From Rotaria socialis (lineage: Eukaryota), in assembly GCA_905331295.1 (NCBI GenBank), contig CAJNYD010000496.1, positions 124,001 through 185,601 on the forward strand: a stretch of 61,601 nt of DNA. The letters run 5' to 3'. Positions 31,366 through 43,657 of this stretch are shown here, one piece after another (within the stretch, counting starts at the first letter, position 1; the number at the start of each line of letters is the position of its first letter). Made by a program: the position numbers and the translations under genes. The notes beneath the pieces are model-generated. The model was not told the DNA's origin and did no database searches. It was given only the letters and a program-made list of their open reading frames with translations.

Positions 31366-34300
31366 ATGGTACTTCCAACATTACATTCGCAATATGCAAC
31401 TAAACATTTAGCAACACCTCAACAAATAATGCAAAGAAAACATGAAATCGAAGCAGAAAAGAAGTAAAACTTAGATTATATTGCCAATACAACTAATCAT
31501 TGTATTTTCAGAGCTCAGTGGGCGCAAACAGCTAATTATTTCAAAGCGCAAACACGCCATAATTCTGTACACAGCCATTGGACATCACCTACTTCAGCTG
31601 TAATTAGGTAAAATTATAATTTGAGTTTTGTTCTATCCCTCTCTGTATCTGTATTGAATTTCTAAAGCCATGAAGCAAATCGTGCTCAACAAGAGAAAGA
31701 AGAAAAATTAAATCAACTCGAACAACGGCGTAATCGTCTTGCTGCTATTCTGGAAGCTGAAAAACTCAAATTTCAGGTACACAAAATGCATTTTTGTTGA
31801 GAAAACTAAATAAAACAATAATTCTTATTTTAAATATTCTAGAATGAATTAGCATCTGTTCGTCAATCATCACGTGAATCAATTCCAGATATGAAAATGC
31901 GTGCGGAGTCTCTACGTTCTGCTCGCGAAAGAGAACGACAAGTTATAGCTGATGAAAAATTATATGAACATTGGGTTACAAATGATCCTGATTTACGTTC
32001 TGTTGAGCAACAAAAATTACAAAATTTACAACCAGAATATTGGTCTGAACAACTTCAGGAAAGACGTCTAGCACAAGAAGAAGAAGAAGAAATGAATTTT
32101 AAATACCAAGAAGAACTACGTCTACGTTTAGATGAACAAGAAAAATTAGAACATGAAGAACAATATGAAAGAAAAAAACGAATTGAAGAATTGAAAATGA
32201 TCTTACAACAGCAAATGGATGAGCTTAAAGAAAAAGAAGAAGAGGTTTGAGTCGTTTTTTTAACATTTGATTGCTTTTAGAAAATGAATCTTAAAAAGTT
32301 TATTGAGAAAATTCCTAATAATAAACAGCAAAGAAAATGTATATTTCTACATTAATCTAGTTTAAATTTTCAAATTTTCAAACTTAGAATTCATTATATT
32401 TCATTAAAAACATCAAAAACCAACAGAACCATTTTTCATACAATCGAAACACCTACGAATTGACTCGACGTTTGCAAAAAAATTGTCACATGAAAAATGT
32501 AATTAAAGAAAATTCTAAGCTGATGATTAATATCTAATCGAATACGAATTCAATATAATTATATTTAGTAATGATCTTTTCGTGTAGAAGTGTACACTGC
32601 CGAAGAAATAACACAAATCTAAAAATACTAAATCACAAGAAAAATATAAGAAAAGTCAATTTTAGATTAGTATTCATATATAAGTTTCGTTAAGTATAGT
32701 GGATTACATGTCGTTATTCAGCTCATTTAATTCAAAGTAAATGAACTGATAGTGTCAAATGGATTGATAATAAAAAAAATGCATTCAAAACAATAACGCA
32801 TATAAAAGATCAATACCAAATACAAAATAATTATGTTTTCTTTTCGTTGATGTTGCTTTTACAAGTTATTTTACTTGAATTTTTCTTTTTATTGGATATT
32901 ATTTTTGAAAGTAAATGTTTTCGAGAAGTATAACATTTTCTTTCATATTGATCTATGTTATAAAAACAAAAATTCTAGCAACTCTAGTTGGGCTCAAAAA
33001 GAATCCTTAGTTTTTTTTCAATTGACTCTAGAAAATAGATTTTTCTTTCAATTTCAAGTCTTAACAACATCTGTTACACAATTATTCGACTAGACCAAGA
33101 CTGCATACTATCATAAAAAGCTTCTTTTCATCATAAATGATCCTACTAAAGACCGAAACGCTTGAGAAAATTGTGATTCTATTTCCTTAATAAATCCTTA
33201 TTTGATTCAATTTATGCTTTTTGCTTTTTTATTATTGGATTATAACATGCAAAAAGTATAATAAAAGCTGAACAAGAAATTGATATATTTTATATAGATA
33301 TGCGATGAAACCTATAAAAAACGTTCAGTTATTCAATTTTAAGTGTCACAGGAAATTTCAGAAATTTACACATGATGTATTTTTCATAAAGTAGATCATG
33401 CTTTTGTTTTCCTTGTGTAAATCTAGAGGCAAGACAAATCATACGAGAACATTGAAGTGTGTTTTGAACTCTTTTTTCTCGATTTCTATTGTTTATCTTA
33501 ATTTTGTATTAAAAAGAACAGTGCTTAACATTGAATTTAGAAAATATATATATTATACAATTTTATTATCTTCATTTAGTCCGAAATATTGAAGCAAGAA
33601 GAAGAACGTCTTCTTCGTGAACAGTGGGAATTCGATCAATTTGACGAACAAAAAAAACAAATGGAGAAACGCTATGTTCAACAAGATTATGGGTAGATTT
33701 TTTATGTACTGTTTCCATTGTTCTTACTATCTGTTTTTTTTTAAATTTTCACTTCTAAGGCGTCAACTTTTACGTCAACACAAAGCTAAATTACATAAAC
33801 GAGCTAAAGAAATTCAGGAACAATTGGTTTGTTAAACTTGATGATTTTGTTTAATTTGGAATGAATAATTTTTTTAAAACACTCATAGGAATTAGATATG
33901 AAAATTCTTGCATCGATTGCGCAAGCTGATCAAGAAAGTCAAATGGAACAATCTGAACAACGAGAACAATTGAGACGTGATGCATTACATATGCTTAAAC
34001 AATTTCAACAACAAATGAAATTAGAAAAAGAAAAAGAACAAGAGCTTGATGCTATGTTTCAGTGAGTATTTTTCGTGTTCAAATACCAGGAAAAATCATT
34101 TTGTTCTTTTATATTTTACAAGAGAAGAAGCTGCGAAAGAATGGGCACGTCGTGAACAAGAATGGGACCGTGAAAAAGAATTACGTGAAAAATTAATGCG
34201 ACAAGTTATGGATGAAAGACAAGAACAAGTTATGGAAAAATTACACGCACTAAAAGAACAACAGCAAGAAACATATGAAAGACAACGAGCACTTATCTCC

Positions 34301-35066
34301 GATATGGAACAAGCAAGAAAATATGATCTAATTGAAAAACAAAAACAAATCAAAGAAAGAGAAGAGAAAAAACAAGATTTTCAAAGACAAGTAAAATACT
34401 ATGCTTCTACGGAGACTCGTTTTCACTCAGACATTGATAGTTCGCCTCAGAAATGCGAAGCACTTGAAATTTTCTGTCCTATAGCACGTTGTTTGCATGA
34501 TATGTCCAATAGAAAGAAATAGCTCATTAGATAATCTGATAATCTTTGTACAGTCGAGTTCGATAGATTTTTCTTTTGAAGATTATACCAGCTAGTACAT
34601 TGAAGAATCTGACAGTGTCAATGGTTAATTATTTTATGCAGAGAACAAAGATGAGCAAGTTTCTCTTGGCTTTATCGAAAAAACGAATATTTTTCTAGTA
34701 GAAAAGACGATTAAAATAATAAGATGATGCCACTCGCCAAATTTTTGATTCGTTTTTCTGATGAAAAATGAGTTTATCTTGTAAAGAGGACACCTAAATG
34801 CAAATGAATAATGAAAAAAATTGTATTCATCTTAGATTTCAATGGTAAAACAAGAACGAGCACAATCTCGATTAGAATTAGAAAATCAAGATGCTCTTGA
34901 ACGTGAAGAGAAAAAACACATGAATCATTTAGTACAAAAACAAAAGGCAGTTATAGCTGCTACAACTGTGGAACCTAAAGTAATTTATTTCTTATTGACT
35001 GTTTTTGTTTCTATTTTAAATTGTTCTATTTAGTTTTATGGCCGTCGTCGTGCTAATTGGAATTAA
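31366..35066 (+). CDS. TCHP: Trichoplein keratin filament-binding protein (ciliary/centriolar coiled-coil protein), about 10 exons
   Basis: N-terminus MVLPTLHSQY, LRSARERERQVIADEKLYEHWVTNDPDLR, EEAAKEWARREQEWDREKELREKLMRQV, C-terminus FYGRRRANWN*; all match remembered trichoplein landmarks. GT-AG introns throughout. Confidence 0.85.
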
Positions 35067-35233
35067 TGGGTAGTTTTCGTGTTTTGTTTTGTGTATATGT
35101 TTTCTTTTTCATGCTACAGCTCGAAACGATTAAAATCGTTTAAATCAAGAGATTAACCATTTTGAGTTCAATATTTGAAAAATAAACTCTTACTCGTATC
35201 AATCATCTTAAATACACGTAGATATTACGCAAT

Positions 35234-35475
35234 CAGTGTTTTATCCAGCAGGAAGGTAAGGAGCATTTCGCCCTCCCGGAGACCGCGTTTGCTTTTTCGA
35301 GAAAATGAAATAAATAATTAACTTTTGTATAACTTACAAAACACAGATCTTTTGAAAGCATCAGTATCATAGACTCGATATTACTCATGGTAGTTCGCCC
35401 TCTTAAAAAAGTTTTGTCTGCCATCTCGAGAATTGAATTCGTCCTGTCGGAGTGAAAAACCTGGAAAAAACACTG
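35234..35475. mobile_element. 242-bp hAT-type MITE
   Basis: TIR CAGTGTTTTATCCAG / CTGGAAAAAACACTG (14/15); 8-bp TSD TACGCAAT (35226-35233) vs TACACAAT (35476-35483). Confidence 0.88.
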
Positions 35476-35890
35476 TACACAATAAAATTAAAATAATTTT
35501 TTTTCTTTTCAATCTTATGATGATTATCAATAAAGTTTTGTTTCTTACATATTTGAGTTCAATAGAGCTCTGGTGGGTAATATAAATACGATACGTAGTT
35601 TTACTACAAGTTGATCATAGACAGTGAAGGTTATCGAGTGAAGTTCATAAAAAAATCTATGTTGTTTTTGAATTATATTGATTTCCTCTTTTTTCATGAT
35701 TGATTTTACCATTGTATTTTTGTTGAGATTAATATCATATTCCACTATTCAGTATTCACATATAATATGACTCGATTCTATATTTGCTGCATCATTTCAT
35801 TTGATTGCTTCGACTGATTAACATTTTGATCCAAGTAGAAGCAATTCATTTTGAAATAAGGATATGGTTAAAAAACAAATGATATATATA

Positions 35891-36020
35891 TACTAGTCAA
35901 ACTTTTTTATTCATGCGCTTGCCAAGACTTGAGCTCAAGATGTGTCCATGGTTCTTGAATTTCTTGATCAAGAAAGTCAAGAATTGCATGCGCTTGCAAA
36001 AATAAGTTCGACTATGGTAT
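35891..36020. mobile_element. Small TA-flanked MITE-like element with an internal palindrome
   Basis: Imperfect TIRs TACTAGTCAAACTT / AAGTTCGACTATGGTA inside (TA)n; CATGCGCTTGC occurs twice; near-palindrome TTCTTGAATTTCTTGATCAAGAAAGTCAAGAA. Confidence 0.55.
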
Positions 36021-36556
36021 ATATATGTATATTACAAAAAATAAGTCTCATTAGAATTCGAATGAGCTACAGATAATCAGCATGTATTTACATTTAATTA
36101 GTTTGAGATAATCTATTCATATAAGTAGTGTGCATGTTAAAAGTTCATATGGACTAGAGTGATAAATCATGTTAAACTATGTTACTAATATAAATATCAG
36201 CTGTCTTTTTCACATAAAAAACGTTTCATTGATGCGTGCAACAAGTCGCACTGCTTGATTACAACCTTGATAAATCATCGATGTTTTGTAATTTACTTTG
36301 ATCATTTTATTCCATTTACATTAGCGTAGGTAGGCAAGCTGTTCACTTTTTTTAGTTTCTGTTTTATATCTGGTGCAGAAATAAAATTTTTGTTAGAATT
36401 GCTGGATGAACTATTTCCCACATTATAACATGTTTTAGATAAATTATATCGGGAAATGTAATTTCTAGTGTAATAGTCAGACAGTGCGGGAATGAGAAAA
36501 TAAGGTTTATCAAATATAAGACATATTTGCTGAAGCTATATGCATACCAAGTTTTT

Positions 36557-37132
36557 ACAGATAGTTTATTGACCTAATGAAGTATCTGACATAATTAGAT
36601 ATTAAAAATAACAAGATACATGTAGAGACAAAAAGAAAGAGTATTAGGAAAAAGTTCGCTTACAACAACTGATTTAATATGATTTTTGATGACATTTTGA
36701 AGCATCGTAGTACAAACTCTTGTTGAACCTCTGTCTGATTTTCCATAAATGTTGCTATAATAAAAGACGCGTATTATATATTAGAAAGAAAAAAGAAGAA
36801 AACATACCAAGTTCGGCAACACATTTTCTAAGAAATAATTTCATTTTTTCACTATGATCATCGATGTTCATATTATAAAATATCTCGATTGTTTTTCCAA
36901 AAAAGCATGCTTGTGCCACAAATTCGGCAAGATCATCAACGGCAGCATTTGAGTCAATATCAAATGCTTTTTTAACGTGATTAATGAGTGAGATTATAAT
37001 CATCTCGAAGGTGATGTTGATTGTTTTGTTTTGAGCGTAATTTAAGACCATGTGAAATCCTTCTTTTGTTTTTATATTATCTCCTAGAAGTATTCTTTCC
37101 ATGTCTTGTATAAATTTGCCACTTTCCTTCAA
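36557..37132 (-). pseudogene. Spliced gene fragment of unknown helical protein inside the inserted block
   Basis: Open exon about 37132-36808 splices in frame (GT-AG) to 36754-36664 (ATFMENQTEVQQEFVLRCFK...) and then probably to a short terminal exon; no clear start exon. Confidence 0.45.
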
Positions 37133-38493
37133 AATAAAAAGTAAATTACTAGATATATAAAAAAAAATAATTATCTTTTTATTTCATTTGTTACTCTTAA
37201 AGCATAAGTTTTAACAGAGAAAGAAATATGACTATGAGAAACAAACCAATTGTAGCACGAAGAAAGAATTTTATTCATTCATGAGAGATCAATTTAATAT
37301 ATAGTTTAAACTTCCAATAGAAAACAATGAGATGAAGAACAATTGAACTCATTAGACAAACACATAGCGACGCAAAAGCTGACACAGGAAAAATTCTATC
37401 AGTTAATAATGTCTATATAAAACAATTTTAGTTTAAGTTTTATTTATTTCAACAATATTTAATATGTCACTTTCTCATAACTTCAATCAAAGTCTGCAAT
37501 GTGTAGTATTAATAACATATGTCAATGTAAAAAATCGGAGTGTTACTACGTTATTCGACCAACATAATTCGATTACATTCGATCATTTATAATTGTATTT
37601 ATTTCAAAGCATTTTCTTGAGCTTTATATCTTTATTATGTGATAATTTCAAAAATGTTCTGATTAATGAAATAACAATTATCTTTTCTTCTAAGGTCTTT
37701 TACGATTACATTTATTATTGAAACTTTCTATATTCATGATTTTACAAACTTTTAATCTAAAAAACTATAGAATCACATTATTAATGTAATTATAAATCAT
37801 AGATTGTGATAGCATATTTATATAGCTCTTTTATTAAGAATACGATGTCATCTGCTGCCGATATAGGCAGACACGCAAATGATAATTCATGAATATTAAC
37901 ATCGGATTTCAACTTTCTTACGAACATATATCCAGTAAACTATTGTAAATATGATTTTTAAAGTGCTAGTCTAGACACAACTAATTGCCCGTATGATAAA
38001 AACCGGAAGACAATCAACGGTTTACCGGTCTGCTCACTGGCTCTCGACAATGGAATTTACCGAGCTAAGGCGCCGGCTTTGATGAGTACCGCGGTTTACC
38101 ATTAAAAATGATCCGATATTTATGATATGGTGATCTCTGTAACTTACTGTTTTTGTTCGTCCAAATATAACTAGTTCATTTTTTACAGTAATTAACTCTT
38201 CAGCAATCGAATCGTGATCAGACAATTTTTCTAAATACCAACATTTAGCATAAATAAAAAACATTACATCAAAATTCTTTCACAGTTTCTCAAACGATTT
38301 TGAAATTCATTGCATTAGTATTATTATAGTTTCATATGTTACAAGGTGAGGTGAGTTCACAAAGATAAACTATCACGATTATTTAGTATTGTGCTGATTC
38401 ATAATGTGCTAAAGCTCAAAAACGTTTTCTCATAGAAAACCTATAAGAAAGATGAATTTCAAGATCGTTCTAGAAATCGTAAGACATTTTTTT

Positions 38494-38974
38494 TTAGTAT
38501 TTACCATTAAGTAATCGACGTTTTGAAATGTGTTTGAGTATTAAATTCAAGTCGGTATCACTAATGCTATACAATTTTGATCTGAGTGAAGACATCTTAT
38601 CCAATACGAGAATGATTTCGTCGCATATAATATATTCTGCAGCCTTTTTCATATCGATACTATATTTGGGTCCTGAAAAACATCCAACCTTTATTCTATC
38701 TAACTCAAGTTGCAATACACGAGCTAATCGATATGACCCTAGTATAAATCATATTTGTATATTATTTTTATGACAAATATTTTATCTTACTGTTCAAGGA
38801 AGCAACTACCACAATATCATTAACTTCTAATTCACCAGATGAAATATTTGGTAAAGGGGTAGATGGATGAATTGATTGATTATAATCTCCATTAGTATTA
38901 GCTGTACTTATTGCTTCTGATGATGGCTCATCAATTATAGATGCAACAAACTCAACGAGGTTTTCTTTCGACAT
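38494..38974 (-). pseudogene. Two-exon fragment with an SH3/Tudor-like pattern, possibly the C-terminus of a DNA-transposon ORF
   Basis: A short GT-AG intron (about 38790-38739) joins the two track ORFs: LEVNDIVVVASLNRSYRLARVLQLELDRIKVGCFSGP...IICDEIILVL...LYSIS. Confidence 0.4.
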
Positions 38975-39249
38975 AAGACTGGGCTATTTTAACTTATAGG
39001 CACATCTATGTTTTTATATGGATCGAACCATTTATAGACGACCATATTGTTTATCTTATTGTCCTATGAATAAATGTGCACAGTAATGCATTTCAATAAA
39101 AATTTCACTTATAAAGTTGAATAAAAATCACATCAAATGAAAAGTTTTTCATAAATTTCTCCTTTCAAAAGGAAATTCATTCATGGAATTCATTGAAATT
39201 TTTATTGAAAATGGAATGATTCATCGATGAAGTCTTTGCTCATTGGTTG

Positions 39250-39640
39250 AAAGAACCCAGGTCATTATTGATCAGTCGGATCTTGACGGACGGGTTATAA
39301 TTCCGATGTCACATGGTGACCGAATTCAGTCGGTTAATTTCTGGTGAATTCCGATTATTCTCTTTGTTTTCTTATGCAATCTGGTTGCCGGATTCTCCCA
39401 GAACCGGCCAGACTAACATTGCCGGAAAATATCAGGTCAGATGATACGATAGAACCGTATACGACGTGTTCCGGCAATATTCGGTAACGAAGCTTTACCG
39501 GAATTCGCCGTGCCCCATGACGCTCGAATTCATGGTAGATCCGGCATGATCAGTATCAGCGGAACACATCGAATCATATCAGAACAAAACGGTCCTACTC
39601 GTCGGATTTAGCAACTTCCTACAACACAGATCGGACTTAA
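39250..39640. repeat. GC-elevated CCGG/CCGA-rich degenerate repeat element
   Basis: Dense CCGG, CGGA and CCGA words against an AT-rich background; no ORF. Confidence 0.5.
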
Positions 39641-40236
39641 AAGGTCTTCATGTAATCAATGGATACTAAAGAAACATCTTGTGATTCATTGTGACTGATA
39701 CTTAACCACTCATACAAACAATGATAGTGATGAATTAAAAATTATAGTCGATCAAATAGGTTTCTAATGAAAAATCCATCCAAAAAAGCAACATCATCAT
39801 GTATTCATTGATCCTGAGTTTAGCAATCGATCTAGATGAATCTCACTACGAATATAACCAGATTCCATGATCATCTCTTCGTCTAACGCGAAACCCAGAG
39901 CCATTTATGATTACTCACAGCGAGAGTAACTTGCTACATAAGCATACTGTGCTGTTTATCCAAGCAGCTCCACAGCATTTGAAAGACCGGAAACACATAT
40001 TTCAATGCTCTGGTAAGAGCAAGAGTATCATTTCAAACCATCGATAAACACTCTTGTGGAAGCTAGGATGTTCCTTACATAAATTTTGAATTGATCGATA
40101 TGCAATTAAATCAGTTTCAAATTTCGTTCAGAATCCTATTTCACGAAGAAAAAGTATGTTGGAAAATCCTACAATGATAATCTGAACGATTCTCTCCGAC
40201 GTGGTGAATTTTTTGATAGGTCGAAGTTGAGCTAAG

Positions 40237-40491
40237 TGTAACGGTATTTACCGTTACGGCTCACTTTATGTACTCTATCCTCTTCGCTGTATCCTATGTT
40301 TGTGCATTGACCTGACGAACTCTCATTGTTCTATTGCGTGAACGTTCCCTCTTTGTCTATATCCGCTCAAGTGGGATCGCTCTCGCGTATATAAGGGAAT
40401 GTAACTAAAGAAAATGCACGACTAGAGATGTGCAGATGACACAATACACCATCGTGCCAACGGGCATAGGCGACACTCTATGTTCATCACA
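40237..40491 (+). mobile_element. Solo LTR (255 bp)
   Basis: TGT...ACA termini, perfect 5-bp TSD CTAAG (40232-40236 and 40492-40496), internal TATATAAG, higher GC than the flanks. Confidence 0.85.
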
Positions 40492-40802
40492 CTAAGGAGT
40501 GATTTTCTTCGTAAGAAAGTGTGGTTGGATCCGTAATGAAAGATGCTTAAAATCCTGTTTCATCAAGAAATAGTATGTCGGAAAGGCATCTAATGATATG
40601 CAGATAGATTATCCATGAATTATTAGTTGTTTGGATTGGTGCAATGTGAGGTTTAGAACTATTTGGTGTTAATATTAATGCTTAAAGATTACTCATTCAA
40701 CTGGTTTAGATTCTTTTTAGCAGATGGAAAAACTGATCCTCATGGGCCAGAACAATATTACGATGTATTAACAATAAAACGATTCTTCAGCAAAAGCTAA
40801 CA

Positions 40803-41722
40803 TTATGCTTCTATTGAGACTCGTTTTCACTCAAAAATTGATACTTCGCCACAGAAATGTGAAGTGTATAAGATTTTCAGTTCTATAGCGTGTTGTTTGC
40901 ATGAGATATTCAATAGAAAAAAATAGCTCATTAGATAATCTGAAAATCTTTGTAAACTTGAGTTCTATAGATTTTTCTTTTAAAGATCATTCCACTAACA
41001 TTGCAGAATCTGACAGTGTCAATTTGACACTGTCAATGGTTATTGTTTTTATGCAGAGAAAAAGAATGATCAGTTCAATTCATTTCATAAATGGTCATTT
41101 ATTTAAAACCTAAATTAGAAAATTATTAACAAGTTTTCCTTCCTGCTGAAAAAAAGTATATCTTTCTAGTAGAAAAGACAATTAAAATAATAAGATGATG
41201 CCACTCGCCAAACAACAGGCTTAAATCATCAATCTCAGTTTCGCTTCGTTTTTTGATGAAAAATGAGTTTATCTTGTAAAGAGGACACCTAAATGCAAAT
41301 GAATAATGAAAAAAATTGTATTCATCTTAGATTTCAATGGTAAAACAAGAACGAGCACAATCTCGATTAGAATTAGAAAATCAAGATGCTCTTGAACGTG
41401 AAGAGAAAAAACACATGAATCATTTAGTACAAAAACAAAAGGCAGTTATAGCTGCTACAACTGTGGAACCTAAAGTAATTTATTTCTTATTGACTGTTTT
41501 TGTTTCTATTTTAAATTGTTCTATTTAGTTTTATGGCCGTCGTCGTGCTAATTGGAATTAATGGGTAGTTTTCGTGTTTTGTTTTGTGTATATGTTTTCT
41601 TTTTCATGCTACAGCTCGAAACGATTAAAATCGTTTAAATCAAGAGATTAACCATTTTGAGTTCAATATTTGAAAAATAAACTCTTACTCGTATCAATCA
41701 TCTTAAATACACGTAGATATTA
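40803..41722 (+). repeat. Direct duplicate of the trichoplein 3' region (intron, last two exons, 3'UTR; source 34398-35227)
   Basis: 41254-41722 is identical to 34759-35227 (offset 6495); 40803-41253 aligns to 34398-34758 with many substitutions and indels. Confidence 0.97.
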
Positions 41723-43657
41723 TATTAAGAAAAGAATAATTCTGATTAAATGAAATATTTTACATGTTTTCATGCGCGACTGAATCATCCGCGGTAACAC
41801 CTTATGTTTTCTACGAGGTCTCTTTCATCCGACAGGTCTTGTTAAAACTAGAAAATATTTAGAATGATTTCTCCTGATGCACTATCATCCAGGAATTGTG
41901 GCTGTTTAGAAATTTAGTATCTTAATTATGACAAACATAGAATAATCGAACGTTGACCTGAAGATTGGTCGACAAACAGCTTTTGGGTTCATTAAATAAG
42001 TTTAAACATTTCAGTCAAAGCAAAAGTGACTTCGTTAGGTATCAAATTTCCTCAAAATCATACTATCCTATAAAAAGGATTGATAATGTAATACTTCAAA
42101 TTTCATTAAAACCGCAACATTTTGCTTTTAATTTTAAATTACTGATCATGCATAACAAATTTGATCAAAATGTAAATTCATTGAATTTTATTTTACTTTT
42201 GGAATTCCATGAATCTTTTTCACAAACACTATCTTAATTCCATACACTTGAGCTTGAATTCTTTTCAAAAATTTATATTCTAGTACGACGTCGCGAGTCA
42301 ATTCATCGATCGATCGGTATCCGCCATCATTATCTGGCTAGTCATTCGAGCGGCTTCTCGATAAGTCGATTTTAGATTCGAATGGATATTGAAATTCTAT
42401 ATGGTGTTATTCAATGTCCATATTAAGCTAGGTCAAGAGTGTGGCGTAACGTTATTTTGATGCATAGGTTTCGACCACTTAAACGATCATAATTAGGAAA
42501 GGAATGGAATTTGATGAAAATACTAAAGGATCTAGCCCGATAATTGTCTCCTTCTTGAGTCACCAAAATCTATCGATTATAAGCGAAGGAAAAAGATCCG
42601 ATCATACCAACTACTTACAGTTCAGTATCACCAAAACTCTAAACGAAATATAAACTATTATTTTTTCATAAAAGTCTTGTTATCAATTGAAAAAAAACAA
42701 TAATACTTCGACAACTGTATTTCTGATTTTAACATTTTTTACCAATTAAAAATAAATCCCATTTCAGCATGTTTTCAGGCAAAGCATTTTTGATTAAATT
42801 GTAAATGTTATATAATGAGCTTATTCAATAAATATGAATTTTGATAATCTTCTAGTTAGTTTGTGCAATAAAATATATAAAATCAATATTTAGAATTTCT
42901 TTTAAAGATTCGAAAAAAGGAAACATTTATAATAACTGTGTGTTTGTCGAGAGCGCTGACATAATTCTGAATTTTATGACTTATCTGTGTAAAAGTAATC
43001 TTTGACTACATCTAGATTATTTAAATCTGAACAGCTAATTAGTTTTGATTTGAGTAGCAAATAAAATCTTGTTTCCAAGATTAGGCCATCTTGCAGATTC
43101 TGAATTGTGATACTTTCATAATGACTTTTGAGGCAATATCAAGTCAAGACCATATATATAGTGTTTGCATATTATTCAAGAAGTATCATTTCTGAGAATT
43201 TTGACTGGAACAAAAAATTAGGGTTTGTCGATCGTTAGGTCTGTTACATCTATCAAGAAGTTGTCCGTATCCGTATTACTAACAAGTCAAAGTCATTGAT
43301 AAGAGTATAAGAATCAATAAAAATATAGGCTGAGACTTTATAAAGTAATTTTACTGACCCTTAGAATGAACATCAACGGTTAACTGAGAATTGTCTCTTA
43401 TGGTTCACTGTATAAAAACTCAATACAAGTATCCTTTCGTTTCTTTTTTACAAAATGGAAGTCTCTGGTAATATTTCTATGAGCATGTATGCGTAGAAAT
43501 AATTCTCAAAACAGAACTCAACAAACGATGAGACATGTTATTGAATACAAATGAATTGAAGAATTAATAAAATTTTTATTTCGAAACACATTTATCCTAT
43601 GGTAACAAAAGACGCGAAGTTCTAGGAGTTTTTCTATAAAAATAAGAAATCTTTATT

